A stretch of 64,000 bases of DNA from Candidatus Methanophagales archaeon (GCA_025966525.1 JAPDIG010000001.1:13435-77434); one strand, 5' to 3'; shown: positions 48,832 through 60,161, counted from the stretch's first letter. A program made the numbers and translations. Notes: generated from the letters alone by a model not told the origin.

Positions 48832-49962
48832 TTACGGGCTGGAAGCCTCACCCTTCAGGGCGAGGAGGGAAGCCCGCATCGCAATATTCCTCGCAGCATT
48901 TAAGTCCCTATCCAGCTGAAATCCACATTTCGGGCATTTAAACCATCTACCATTAACCCTGCTCCTAGTGTAACCACATCTTGAGCAAGTCCTTGATGTG
49001 CTCCTCGGATTCACAAACTTAACAGGAACTCCGTTTAGTTTTGCTTTATATTCAATCTTCGAGATTAAGTCACGGTAAGCCCATTTATGGAGTCTTTTCC
49101 GGTGTCTCCTACCAACCTTTCTCCTTCTTAGCCCTTTTAAGCTTTCTATTGCTATCCCTGACCTCCTATGCTTCGCTAGTTTAACAAGCTCCTTCGCAAT
49201 ACTATGATTGATATAACTCATCTTGCTTCGATTCTTGTGCGAAAGCCTTTTAAGAACCCGCCACGCACCCTTATTGGTTTCTGTATCTTTCGCTTGCTGC
49301 ATATCCGCTCTTTTTAACTCTACTCTTTTTTTCCAGCTTATCGCATTATCATAGAACTTATTGATCTTACCCTCCATATCTGAGATAACTATGATATGAT
49401 TAATACCTATATCTACGCCTATCCACCCCTTCGGCTCGTAAGGTTCAGGCTCCTCAACCTCAGCACTTATAAACACATAATAGTCTTTCTTGATATGCGA
49501 AATCTGAACTCTCCTATGGGTGAGTTTAAGAAAGTGCTTTAGTTTAGGTGGAACATGCATTGGCAACCACACTCTTCGCCCGTTTAGTAATGGCACATTA
49601 ATGAAATGCCCCTCGATCTTGACATTTACCGCTTTGAAACTGACTATTTCCGCTTTAAAGATAGGTTTCTCGCCTTTTTTAGGATTTCTGAGCCAAGCCC
49701 TATAGGTTTCAATAGCCCTATTCATCGCTTCTTGTACAACATCTGAATTTAAGTCCTTGAATTTCTCTCTAACCCTTTTGTAAGCAAAAGCATGGATGTT
49801 CCCTCTTGTCGGATATTCTCCCAAATCTTCTATCGCTCTAAGCCAATCATTAGCACATTTTTTGAACCTGTTGATGGTTGCATCTAAGGACTCCCTCTTC
49901 GCCCTGTTCAACCTCATCAATTTGAACTTTTGTGTGAGTTTCATATTATACACTATGACCAT
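48832..49962 (-). CDS. tnpB: TnpB (IS200/IS605 OrfB family), third and diverged copy
   Basis: WIGVDIGINH (RuvC-I), CSRCG...CPKCG zinc finger, and DRDLNAARNI (RuvC-III). Confidence 0.7.
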   Translation of the reverse strand: MVIVYNMKLTQKFKLMRLNRAKRESLDATINRFKKCANDWLRAIEDLGEYPTRGNIHAFAYKRVREKFKDLNSDVVQEAMNRAIETYRAWLRNPKKGEKPIFKAEIVSFKAVNVKIEGHFINVPLLNGRRVWLPMHVPPKLKHFLKLTHRRVQISHIKKDYYVFISAEVEEPEPYEPKGWIGVDIGINHIIVISDMEGKINKFYDNAISWKKRVELKRADMQQAKDTETNKGAWRVLKRLSHKNRSKMSYINHSIAKELVKLAKHRRSGIAIESLKGLRRRKVGRRHRKRLHKWAYRDLISKIEYKAKLNGVPVKFVNPRSTSRTCSRCGYTRSRVNGRWFKCPKCGFQLDRDLNAARNIAMRASLLALKGEASSP

Positions 49963-50201
49963 AATGGTATATAAATATTTATATAGACATGAAGCATATC
50001 ATTAAGTGATGATGCTTTGGGGCATGCCCCGGGGCGGATGGGCGCCTGACCCGCCCAGATGCGGTCTACCGCAACCGAAGTTCCCATGTTGGGAACCTCC
50101 CTGCTTTAGCGGGGAGAGGAGGTCAGCGTTTATTATCTGCCGATGTAACTCCAGTTCGTTTTTCGCACCCACATAACCCATTGAATTTATAAAATAGTCG
50201 C

Positions 50202-52664
50202 TCATTGATGCACCTCCTGATTATTCTCACTATGCTCTCGCGCTATCTCTTCCGCACATGCCGAGCAAACAAGATGCTTCTTACCCTCATGCAACCACTC
50301 ATGATCCAACCATGTCTTCTTACCACAGCGTTCGCATGTACCCTCTGTTACCTCTGAATGGAAGCCTATTACATCTTGCTCACTCGGCTGCTCGTTACTG
50401 CCACTTGACTTTTCCTTCTTTATATTGCCTTCCTCATCTAAATCCTTTATATTCACATATCTTGTCTTCTTCTCCTTCATGTCCTCTTCTTGCTCCTCCT
50501 TTTTGTCGCCAATCTCTTTTCCAAATTCAAGTATGTTTTGTTCTTCTTCTTTCTTCTTAATGAGCATTCCCTCCCAGCACCATACTCTCTTTCCTCCTAT
50601 TGTCTTTCGTCCAGTCTTCACCGGAGCATATCCTTGCAATAACGATCCAAACCTTCCTTTTGAGACAACAGGAAGTCTATTATCCTTGCAGTAAGTAACG
50701 AATGCACTGTAAGTCTCGTCTTTCGTTACATAGCCCTTAGGATCCACCACTACCATATCATGCACAAACGCAAGCACCGGATTTGACTTCCTAATATAGT
50801 CCTCCATTATCTCTTCCGCTACTTTCGAATTTGAAAAATCACGCTTTGTAAGTAAATTCTTAAGATGCTCTAAGACAAGATTGAAGAACCCCGAAAGCTC
50901 TTGTGATGTGGTCAGCTTTTCTAAGATGTTCGGGTCACGCTTCTCGCCTTCAAACCGATTCGGAAAGTTCACAAGTATCCACCGTCTAAAGAAAGCAATG
51001 GTAGTATCAGACGCCATCGGAAGCTGGTTCGCACTGAAAATTAACTTCGCTGTTGGAAGAAACTCGAAATGGTCTTTAAACTTTTTCTCCGCTGAAATTG
51101 TATCCCCCCCTGTTAGCATCTTGAAAAATCCTGTCTTCCTAATAGCTGAAGCTGGTAAATCTGATGACAAATTTGCTAACTTACCATACAAAGATGCTGA
51201 AGCGAATCTGTTTTCCGTAAGTTCCTGTAACGGAATCGCTGCAGTATTCTCTCGCCCTAAAAAAGCTCTTATAAGCTCTATCATCGTGCTCTTACCATTA
51301 CTGCCTTCTCCAAGAAGCATTACTGCCTTCTGCATCTTCTGCTCCGGTATCATGCAATAGCCTACAAACTCTAACACTGGAGGAATATCGTCCGGGTGTA
51401 AGACTTCACTCAAAAACTTCTCTATCTTTTCGCATTTCGCTGATTTGTTATATTCCACAGGCAGGCAGTAGGTAAAGTAGTACTCAGGCGCTAATGGTAA
51501 TAATTGGCCTGTCTCAAGGTCATATACCCCATTCAATAGAGGTATCTTCCGTTTCTCTCGATTTAGAAGTGAACGCTCAACATATGTGCTACGCTGGATA
51601 TATGCTATCACTTCATTCACAAGATGAACGCTTATTCTCTCCTTCTCTAAGTCTTGTAGAGTGCGCTGTAACAGCTCCTTGATCCGTACTTCGCCACCAA
51701 ACTTCCATTTGCGACCGTCCCACCATAAGACCTCCTCAGTATCCCGCAGTGTAATAAAACGATTCCCTTCCATTATCAGCTCCGCAAGCGCGGAATGCGA
51801 AATCCTCTTCTTCTCTTCGTCTCTTTTCAAAAAGCTCACTCCCGTGAGCTCCTCAATCTTCCTTACCGCCTCCGTGAAATCCAGACCTTCCTTTTCCTCT
51901 ATGAACGATATGATGTCACCACTTCTGTTGCACCCGAAGCAATACCACGAATTCGTCTGCTCATACACCGTAAATGACGGCTCATGGTCGTTATGGAACG
52001 GGCAAAGCCCCTGCCAGTAATCCCCATATGCCCTCTTCGGCTCTACATACTTCTTTATAATTTCCATTCCCACTCGCTCTTTAAACTCCTCTATCGGCTT
52101 TGATCGCTTTGATTTCAACGCTACTATTCGCCCCTTCTCTTCAATTTTGTCCAATCCGTGATAGCTCTTCCACCGCTTTTCTATCTCTTCAAATAAACCG
52201 GGCTTCACATGGCGTATCTCCAACGGCGATGTAGCAAAATGCTCGTATTCACGCCCGGTTGGATGCACTGAACCACACATTACCACATACGAACCCTCAC
52301 CTTGAAACCTTAGCTCTTCGCTCCCTTCCCACATTAATGATTTGCGCTTCATTGGCTTGTCCGTGCGCACATAGAGATGATACCCCTTCCCTGTCTTCAC
52401 TGTGAATGTTGCACCTGCAAGTTCGCCCAAGTTCAACTTCGTAAATAATTCTTCTTTGTCTACATCTATCACTACTAAGTTGCCTGATATTGACCCGCAA
52501 ACCGCCCCGTAGTTTCTCGTTCCGTTGTTCTTCCAATACTCTATCTCCTCCTCGGTCGGGTGCCTCTTCATGTATTCTTCCCACTTTATCGCTGGCTTCT
52601 TATCGCGCTCCTTTAGGGGAAAAAAACTTATATTCCAGCTTCTATATATTTTTATCCAGTCCAT
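50202..52664 (-). CDS. Replication protein: fusion of a primase-polymerase (Prim-Pol) domain, a CHC2 zinc finger and an SF3 (D5/P4-alpha-like) helicase
   Basis: LVVIDVDKE plus TGKGYHLY are Prim-Pol motifs. CPFHNDHEPSF...CFGC is a CHC2 finger. Walker A MLLGEGSNGKST. Length 820 aa. Confidence 0.75.
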   Translation of the reverse strand: MDWIKIYRSWNISFFPLKERDKKPAIKWEEYMKRHPTEEEIEYWKNNGTRNYGAVCGSISGNLVVIDVDKEELFTKLNLGELAGATFTVKTGKGYHLYVRTDKPMKRKSLMWEGSEELRFQGEGSYVVMCGSVHPTGREYEHFATSPLEIRHVKPGLFEEIEKRWKSYHGLDKIEEKGRIVALKSKRSKPIEEFKERVGMEIIKKYVEPKRAYGDYWQGLCPFHNDHEPSFTVYEQTNSWYCFGCNRSGDIISFIEEKEGLDFTEAVRKIEELTGVSFLKRDEEKKRISHSALAELIMEGNRFITLRDTEEVLWWDGRKWKFGGEVRIKELLQRTLQDLEKERISVHLVNEVIAYIQRSTYVERSLLNREKRKIPLLNGVYDLETGQLLPLAPEYYFTYCLPVEYNKSAKCEKIEKFLSEVLHPDDIPPVLEFVGYCMIPEQKMQKAVMLLGEGSNGKSTMIELIRAFLGRENTAAIPLQELTENRFASASLYGKLANLSSDLPASAIRKTGFFKMLTGGDTISAEKKFKDHFEFLPTAKLIFSANQLPMASDTTIAFFRRWILVNFPNRFEGEKRDPNILEKLTTSQELSGFFNLVLEHLKNLLTKRDFSNSKVAEEIMEDYIRKSNPVLAFVHDMVVVDPKGYVTKDETYSAFVTYCKDNRLPVVSKGRFGSLLQGYAPVKTGRKTIGGKRVWCWEGMLIKKKEEEQNILEFGKEIGDKKEEQEEDMKEKKTRYVNIKDLDEEGNIKKEKSSGSNEQPSEQDVIGFHSEVTEGTCERCGKKTWLDHEWLHEGKKHLVCSACAEEIAREHSENNQEVHQ

Positions 52665-53107
52665 CTCTCTCCCCTCCCTCTCTTCTTCAAAGTGTCCAGG
52701 ATGTCCAAGAAGTCTACCCCCTATATTTTTACCTATATACTATTCTACTACTTACTTATATTTTTATGCATAAATATAGTGAGTGGACACTCTGGACTTC
52801 CTGGACACTTTAGTCATTCTCCCCCGAGAGCCGTCCTTTCCTCCTCTGAGAGAGCTTATTTTTTCTCCCCTCTCCGGCGTTATTTTTTCCTCCTCTCTCA
52901 AGGCTTCCTCCAGTGGAAATATAGATATACATTTCCACTGCATTTCCACTGCAACTCAGAGAGGTATATAGAAACAATAGTTTCTAAAAAATCTATATAG
53001 TTTAAACTATCAGTGCGCGTTTAACACATTATACTTTTTAAACGCTTTTTCTTTTTTCATGTAAAACGTAGTAATATCATTGTTCCTATCTGTTTATAGT
53101 AATAGGT
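52665..53107. promoter_or_regulatory. Divergent intergenic region with iteron-like direct and inverted repeats; a putative replication origin plus promoters
   Basis: TGGACACT appears twice and TCCTGGACA / TGTCCAGGA appear as inverted copies. catttccactg occurs twice, ttattttttc(t/c)cc twice, and there is the palindrome tagtttaaacta. The region sits between the replication gene and the plus-strand gene array. Confidence 0.45.
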
Positions 53108-53793
53108 GTGGGTAGGATGCCGATAGAGCTTGAAGAAAAGGAGAAAGAAATAACGGTAAGAGCGAGAAGAGGAAGCGCCATAATTGGAGATGGTGGCAGG
53201 AAAATCACGGTAATAGGGGTATGGAGCGGGAAGGAGTTGAAAGAGCTTGTGGATGTGGTAGAGCGAGTCAGGAAGCGGCATCTCGTGGTGGAGCGAGAGG
53301 ATTAGCGGCAGGAGCGGTCAAAAAACGAAAGAATAAAAATGAAACAAATAAGGATTTCAGAACTGGATAGGATAGCGGAGCGTAAGGAGACAATCCCGAT
53401 TGCGGCAGTATTCGTGCTGCGGAACGAATACGATAGTGATTGGAAGTGCGTTACGGATAGCGAGGAGATACATGAATGGATAGAGTTTGCGAAGGGGTGC
53501 AAGAGTTGCGGGGTCAAGCTCCATTACGAGCCCGTGGATGATGCATTTGTGATGGAAATCATTATGGATCCTGTTCCAAAAGAAGAGGTGTATGAAACAG
53601 CGAAGGTAGAAGCGAGGAAAGAGATTTTGTGTGTGTCTAACCGTATAGGGAGGAGGTATGAGGATGAGGATGGGTGGGTGTGGTATGGGTGGTGATATGT
53701 TCGGTTAGTGGATATGTACAGAAAATCGAGGAAGTGTATAGTTATCGCAAGTTTTATATACTCACACCAAAATATATTATTGAGGTGATACAC

Positions 53794-53970
53794 ATGAGCG
53801 AAGTAAGTGAGAGAGGTGTAGTAGCGGCGTGGGGGTTGCGGTTGCAGGTGCCCGCTTCCATCCTGCGTGCGCTGGATTTGCGAGTTGGGGACCAAGTGGA
53901 GTGGTTGATAGAGGAAAGAAAGGGTGAGAGGGTAGCTATTTTGAAGAAGAGCGAGAAGAGTGAAGTATAG
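53794..53970 (+). CDS. AbrB/MazE/SpoVT-type swapped-hairpin DNA-binding protein
   Basis: LRLQVPASILRALDLRVGDQVEW matches the looped-hinge-helix pattern. Start taken at the internal ATG with the RBS gaggtga. Confidence 0.45.
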   Translation: MSEVSERGVVAAWGLRLQVPASILRALDLRVGDQVEWLIEERKGERVAILKKSEKSEV

Positions 53971-54531
53971 GGAGTGATGTGGAATGGAGTGGGACGAAGT
54001 TTTGGAGAAATATGGCGATGTGAAGGTGAAGTTCAGTAGTTATTACAAATACACATTCACATTTGAGGGCGAGACTGAGAATAACGAAGAAGTGATATGC
54101 CGCGTAGGCTGGACTGCGGATGATATATACGAAGTCAGCGTAGATACGAAGGAGATAACAATAAGAGAGTTAGAGCCTGACGAGATAGAGATAAACGGTA
54201 AGGTAGTGTGGACAGACCGGTGGTGAGATACGAGCGAGCGGGAAAAAACGGAAGATAGAAATGTTTGAGGAGATAGCGAGAAGGAAAAGTGGAGAGGGAG
54301 AGGCATGAAAGAGGAGTATAGAAGACCTGTGTATATAGACGAAATAAAAGAGGAATGCTTGAAGGAGGGAGTATTGGAAGGATATCTAAGAGAAATAGAG
54401 GCAGGAGAGCATCCGCAGCGGAAATGCGAGTTGTGTAAATATGCTTTATCAACTCTTGTGATAGTGGACTGGGGTGTTGTCTGCGCTATTGCGCTCTGGG
54501 GTAAGGTGTTTACTCTGGTGCCTGCATTAGT

Positions 54532-54963
54532 GTGTGGATGGATAGGTGTAGTGTTCTTTGTTATGTATATATTCAGTCGCGAATAGAGCGAGAAGAAAAA
54601 AAAGATAGGGGGCGGAAAATGGAACAAGAAACATTTTGCTCGAGTATTTCTTACAGTATTCTTCTCACGGCATTGTTCTCTCTATTAGGCTACTTTGTGT
54701 ATGGTAGCATCAACGGCGCATTGGGTATTTTATTGCTTTGTATAGCCTGCGATTTTGTACTTTTAATAAGCATAATTCCATTTGTGGGTTGGCTGATTCA
54801 AACTTTTGTAATGAAGATGATTGTTATTCCGGGTATTGTAGCTCTAACAGGCATTTATTTGACTTGGCTAACAACCACTATCTTTTTTGTGTATCTTGCG
54901 TATGGGATTATTGTAACCGCTACGGTTTCAATAGCGATTCTCAGAGCACTACAATATTCATGA
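54532..54963 (+). CDS. Polytopic membrane protein
   Basis: Four hydrophobic helices, e.g. ILLTALFSLLGYFVYG and IVALTGIYLTWLTTTIFFVYLAYG. Confidence 0.35.
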   Translation: MWMDRCSVLCYVYIQSRIEREEKKDRGRKMEQETFCSSISYSILLTALFSLLGYFVYGSINGALGILLLCIACDFVLLISIIPFVGWLIQTFVMKMIVIPGIVALTGIYLTWLTTTIFFVYLAYGIIVTATVSIAILRALQYS

Positions 54964-55094
54964 CAAATGAGGAGATAAAAAACGAGTGGTTAAAGGCTTT
55001 GCGAGAATCTTTACGGAAAAAAACGAAAAAATGAAAAAATAAAATACCACACAAAGCTCTTGTGCTTCCACACAAGAGCGTGGAGGTATGAAAA

Positions 55095-55751
55095 ATGGAA
55101 GAAAGAAAAGAAGCGGCGGAAGCCGCAGATTTGAGGAGAGTCTTGGAGTACATCCAAGAACGCGAGGGGAACCTCGCAAGAGCTACCGAAAAACTCCGCA
55201 GGAATGTGGAAAGGATAGCGAATGTTTTTGGGTCGAAAGATTGCTGCCAGATATGCGGAAAGTACAAGTCCAACTGCAATCATTTCAAGTATTTTGACAG
55301 AAAGTATCATCTCGGGTATAACGAAGTGCCTGAGAAAATAGGAGGGTATAAGACGGAACTGGTCTCATCAGATTATAATAGCTCTTCCTGGGGCGATCCA
55401 GAGAAAGGAACCGTCTATGTTGAGGAACACGAGTATCACGAGTTTGTGCCAAAGATATATGTGAGCATAGAAGTGAAAGACAGCGAGCCGTTCTATGTTG
55501 ATGACGCCGATCCGTACGATGTAGAAGAATATTATCTGATAATGGGGCGGTTTGGTATGCGAGTTGAAATTGGTAGTGGTGAAAGATTCGTTGAGATTAA
55601 GGATTTACCACGGCGTGCAGTGAAAGCGCTTGTAAAAAGCGGGCGAATCACGAAGTTTTTCCAGAAAGTAGCGCAAGAGCTCGAAGACACCGGGAATGAG
55701 TATCAAGAGGTGGCGGAAGTGGCGGAGCGGCTGGCAGCCGCTCTACCTTAA
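55095..55751 (+). CDS. hypothetical Cys-containing protein
   Basis: CCQICGKYKSNCNH cluster. 218 aa. Confidence 0.35.
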   Translation: MEERKEAAEAADLRRVLEYIQEREGNLARATEKLRRNVERIANVFGSKDCCQICGKYKSNCNHFKYFDRKYHLGYNEVPEKIGGYKTELVSSDYNSSSWGDPEKGTVYVEEHEYHEFVPKIYVSIEVKDSEPFYVDDADPYDVEEYYLIMGRFGMRVEIGSGERFVEIKDLPRRAVKALVKSGRITKFFQKVAQELEDTGNEYQEVAEVAERLAAALP

Positions 55752-55805
55752 TTTTTAAGATGAATGTCGAAGTTGTCAGGGTGAAAGGGGAGGAGGTATG
55801 CTGAA

Positions 55806-56018
55806 ATGAACAACAATGAACGTGTAGCAAGGTTGAAACAACTCTTGGAGGTGTTCAATGACGAGAGGCTGGAGTATCATAAGAGAGCCAGTACAGCAGA
55901 GAGTGATATTCGGAGAGAGTTCTCCAGAGGATGCTATGAAACCTTGACGAGTGTTCTCAAGCGAATTTACAACACTCTTGAGCTTGAGGAGGTGTGCGGA
56001 GATGAGAATATGGATTGA
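55806..56018 (+). CDS. hypothetical protein (paralogue of 56713..56910)
   Basis: RLKQLLEVFNDERLEYHKRA...RGCYETLTSVLKRI is parallel to KLKELQAVLKEEIIEHARIE...RGWYEALASVTKRI. Confidence 0.35.
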   Translation: MNNNERVARLKQLLEVFNDERLEYHKRASTAESDIRREFSRGCYETLTSVLKRIYNTLELEEVCGDENMD

Positions 56019-56712
56019 TCAACTCATGGAAGAATTTGAGGATCTTCCGGGGTGTAGTATACTCGATGAGCTCATTCAAGCGGAAGAAGAGACCGGAGAA
56101 AACTGTTTTGAAGTTCTGCCGGCTGAGAGAGATTTAAATGGATACTATGCATCGTCTGACGGCGATGTTTGGGATGAAGAAGTCGAGGCGGCGCTGAGTA
56201 GAGGGGAATCGGTGTATAGTATTGGCGACATTGAGCATCATTATGTGTATGGCTTTATCAGGAGGAAGTGAAAGAGGAATGAACGAAATAGAATGGCGTT
56301 TACATGGAAACTATGGAGTATATCTAAAACTGAAGAAGAGAAAAGGAAAATTTAATTGGAAGAGCAGGGAAGAAATAGAACGATTTGTAGCAAATGGTGC
56401 AATTTTATCACCACCTGTATGGGACAGAGGTGTCCAATTAGCAATAGACAAAATCTGGGAAGAAATACAAAAAGAAAGGGGATGAAGAGATGATAAGAAG
56501 CGAAGGGGAGGTAATATTTCCAGCATTGATAGATAAAGGCATGAACGGGCATTTAGAGATAGCATTAAAAGGCAGTAGGGGAGTAATTATAGAGGAATAC
56601 TACGAACATCAAATACGTATAGGCAACATACAGATATACAAAGAAGAATTGGAGGATGTAATATCGGTGCTGAAAGAAGCGAAGAAGATACTGGAAGAAA
56701 AGGAGAAGCGAA

Positions 56713-56910
56713 ATGAAAGATAGAATGATTGCGAAATTGAAAGAGTTGCAAGCGGTGTTAAAAGAAGAAATAATAGAGCATGCGAGGATAGAACACGATC
56801 CAGATACAGCGTTTACAACAGCGGAGTATCATAGGGGGTGGTACGAGGCATTAGCGAGTGTAACAAAACGGATAGATAATTATTTAGAGGAGGTGAGTAA
56901 AGAAGAATGA
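56713..56910 (+). CDS. hypothetical protein (paralogue of 55806..56018)
   Basis: See the paralogue entry. Confidence 0.35.
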   Translation: MKDRMIAKLKELQAVLKEEIIEHARIEHDPDTAFTTAEYHRGWYEALASVTKRIDNYLEEVSKEE

Positions 56911-58108
56911 CAACGGAAGTAAGAATCAAAACCGAGACCGAGAGATACAACTTTCCTGGAGTCCGTTCAGGAGACAGCGGTATACTTATGCGAACAGCGT
57001 ATTTCGGGCATCCTGTCTTCATAGTCCGTGCAGCGGACGCTATATTGGTTCTTTCGAAAGATGAAGTAGAGTTAGGAGGAGGTGAAAAATGAAACACTAC
57101 TATAAGGAAGTAAAAGAAGTAATGAAAGGCTTAAAAACGCCAGAAGATTTCGTTATAGCGATTTACGGCGAAGACTATGACTGGGCGAAGCTAATAGCAG
57201 CTAGGAGAATTTTTATTGAGGATGGCGGCGACCCGGTAGTATTCGATAACTACGATTGGAAAGTCAAGTTCCCAGAAGGGGTGAGAATAGACACAAACTT
57301 CTTTTGAAGGGGTGAACAAGCATGTGGGAAAGAAAAACATTTGAAGTGAATGAGAATCCAGCAGAGGGAGAAGATGTCCAGTATGCGGTATTCCGTGTTT
57401 CAGAATTTCGTCGGCACGATGCTTATATAGAGGCAGTGGTTATTACAAAAGAAGTGGAATTTTTCATGCGTGAACCAAAAGAAGAATGAAAGAGAAGAGA
57501 GTGATAGAGTGCGAACATTGTGGGAGAGTGTATAGTGAGGAAGAGTATGAGAAGCTGGAAATGACAGGACATAACATTATCTGGAACTTTGATTATAGGA
57601 GATGCAAAGAGTGTGGAGAGGAGATAACACCGTTAGAATTGATATTGGGATGATAAAAATGAGGAAAGAAGAGGATTTGGAACGGCTTTTAGCATTTCTT
57701 GAGGAGTGCGTACAAGGGGAAGAAGATAAAATCAAGTATCCTTATGAGGTGTGCGTTGACTGCAGAGAAGCAGCGAGATTGGGAGATATACGCCCGAACC
57801 ACGAGGGACACAGGGTTATCGTCCAAACTGTATGCCACAGCGGTGTAGATGAGTGGATTAGATGCCTAAGGTGGGTATTAGAAAAATGAAGTGTGAAGAA
57901 TGCGAATACGGGGATGTTTGCGTGCTCACGGATAGCATAGGCAACCGAGATATAGTTTCGGAACTGGAGTATCACAAAAGCGCTGCGGTCCAGTGCATCG
58001 ACGAAGCGATTGAGCACCTGCTGAACCTTTCTTCAAGGGCTGATTCGAAGACTCAAACGAGTTTGGTGCGTGCCATCCAAGATTTGATGCATGTAAACGG
58101 ATGGCTTA

Positions 58109-58648
58109 GTGGTGTCAATGTTACAAAAAACGAAACAACCAAATAAAATAGGAGATAGAAAAATGTCCCAATATTTTGTATTTGTGAATCTGAACAAGAT
58201 GGAGTACATAGAGCCACGCGGGGGTTTCACACTGCGAGACTTGTGCACAGACACTGCTAACGGGATATTGCCTTATCTTCTCGCGGATGGCGAAAAGGAT
58301 GGCACGCCGCTGATGATCAGTACAAGCAACGAGGAAGTGAAAAACGAGAAGTTGAAAAGCGGTTGGAAAGTCGTAAAAGAGGGAGAGATGCTTGATGGAA
58401 AGTATTGGATATTGGAGAAAATAACGAGATTTTTTGGACGCTGGAGCGGCGACAGGATAGTGGTTGCGGGTGACTACGGACACACGAAATTATTCGGTCT
58501 CCTAATGGGAGAAAGTCTCCCAGCTGATACCGACTGGAGAGACATAAGTGAGGAAGCGTATAAAGAGTTCTACGAATTTCTCGGGTTCGAGCCAAAGGAC
58601 TACCACGATATTATAGCCAAGGTGGCAAATGCAGTAAATAAGAGGTGA
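58109..58648 (+). CDS. hypothetical protein
   Basis: 179-aa ORF preceded by the AAAAACGAAAC motif and the RBS aggag. Confidence 0.35.
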   Translation: MVSMLQKTKQPNKIGDRKMSQYFVFVNLNKMEYIEPRGGFTLRDLCTDTANGILPYLLADGEKDGTPLMISTSNEEVKNEKLKSGWKVVKEGEMLDGKYWILEKITRFFGRWSGDRIVVAGDYGHTKLFGLLMGESLPADTDWRDISEEAYKEFYEFLGFEPKDYHDIIAKVANAVNKR

Positions 58649-58655
58649 GAAAGAG

Positions 58656-59114
58656 ATGGATTTAAGGGAAAGAGCTATAAAAGCGGCAAAAGAGCAGCAG
58701 GAGTGGATGGAAAAGAACAAAAAAGAAGCAGCCGAAAAGTTCGCAGCGGAAGCGAAGAAAAAATTTGAGAAGACCTTTAACGAAGTAGTACTCGATGTGG
58801 AACCAATAAGCGAGAACAAAGCGAAGATTATCGCTGATGGTCTAAGTTTTATCGCTATAAAGGGATACACAGATTTTGTAAGTTACATAAAATTCTATCC
58901 GCAAATCGAGTGCACTCAGTGTGGCAATATATTCACATACTATGATGAACCTTGCGAGAGACTTGCAGATGTAGGATTCATTCTCATGAAGTCGACGATA
59001 TGCGATACCTGCCGATGCGAGAATATGGGATCGGGTACGAAATCGCCAGCGGGACGAGTATTAGAGCTACTGGGTGAAATATTAGATATTTTGGAAGCGG
59101 AGCGAGGTGAATAA
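58656..59114 (+). CDS. hypothetical protein with a C-terminal zinc-binding cluster
   Basis: CTQCGN...CDTCRC. Confidence 0.35.
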   Translation: MDLRERAIKAAKEQQEWMEKNKKEAAEKFAAEAKKKFEKTFNEVVLDVEPISENKAKIIADGLSFIAIKGYTDFVSYIKFYPQIECTQCGNIFTYYDEPCERLADVGFILMKSTICDTCRCENMGSGTKSPAGRVLELLGEILDILEAERGE

Positions 59115-59421
59115 CGCTAAAACATAAAAAATGGACACAATAGTGATAGATAAGTGCATGTTTTATCTTTTTAACAAAGCAGACCTGCAGTATGCAAAAG
59201 AAGTTCGTGAGGAAAAGCTTGAAGAATGCATGTTCCACGCGCATAACTCTGCACTACCACTCGACCAGCAACTGGAATTCAAAGAAAAAGCGGAAGTGCT
59301 CAAGAGGGAGATACAGGGCATTGAACAGTTACTCACACTACCGCTCAATAATATATTTATCTTCATTGATAAAACGCTTTTTAATCGCTATTACTGAGAT
59401 AAAAACGAACCGACCGAAAAA

Positions 59422-59856
59422 ATGAACTACATAATAAAGAAAGGATTGAGATTTATGATGGTGAAAGAAGCGACCGAGGAGAAGTTAAACAGTCCAGAGA
59501 AAGTCTATCGGTTTATGCTGGGCGAAGCCAAGATAGACCGAGAATGCGTCTGGGTGCTACATATGAACACCAAACTCAAACTGATAGAAAAGGAGTTAGT
59601 GAGCATGGGCACGCTCGACGCAGCTCCTGTGCATCCTCGTGAAGTCTTCAAGAAGGCGATACTGAACAGCAGCTCCAGTATAATCGTTGTTCATAACCAT
59701 CCGAGCGGGGATCCAACGCCGACCGAAGAAGACAAGAAGATTGCGAAAGTGCTGAAACAATCAGGTGAGATATTGGATATTCCACTTAAAGATTTTATTG
59801 AGATAAGCAGTGAGGGTTATACGAGCTTCGCAAAAGAGATGATAGGGGAATGGTAA
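59422..59856 (+). CDS. RadC-like JAB/MPN-domain protein
   Basis: HNHPSGDPTPTEEDKKIAKVL matches the JAMM motif HxHPSG...PSxxD. Confidence 0.6.
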   Translation: MNYIIKKGLRFMMVKEATEEKLNSPEKVYRFMLGEAKIDRECVWVLHMNTKLKLIEKELVSMGTLDAAPVHPREVFKKAILNSSSSIIVVHNHPSGDPTPTEEDKKIAKVLKQSGEILDIPLKDFIEISSEGYTSFAKEMIGEW

Positions 59857-59900
59857 AAAACGAACTAAATGAAAACAAATATAAGGAGGGGGATTGGGAA

Positions 59901-60161
59901 ATGGATATAACAAAGCAGAAAAACCAAAACGATGAAAAGAGCAAAAAGGAAACGGAAGAAATAATGACAATCAATGAAGCTATTAGAGTGTTGGCAATAA
60001 TTGCGTATTTTGAAAAGGAGGTTGGTGGTGAGATACCTCATCCGCTGAGAATTTTCAAGCGCCGAAGATGGATGCGCGAGTTTGAAGCGTTCCAAAAAGG
60101 TTTTGAGCTTGGACAGAAGTATGCGCAGAGGATAATAGAAAGCCAAGAAGAAAACGACTAA
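59901..60161 (+). CDS. hypothetical protein
   Basis: Start reassigned to the ATG after the RBS aaggaggg. Shares the upstream motif with the next two genes. Confidence 0.35.
   Translation: MDITKQKNQNDEKSKKETEEIMTINEAIRVLAIIAYFEKEVGGEIPHPLRIFKRRRWMREFEAFQKGFELGQKYAQRIIESQEEND

Noticed and set aside
50002-50205. 67-aa minus-strand ORF in the GC-rich island
   Set aside because: Its sequence is dominated by hairpin-forming GC palindromes and a Gly/Pro-rich translation. It is more likely an IS end structure than a gene.
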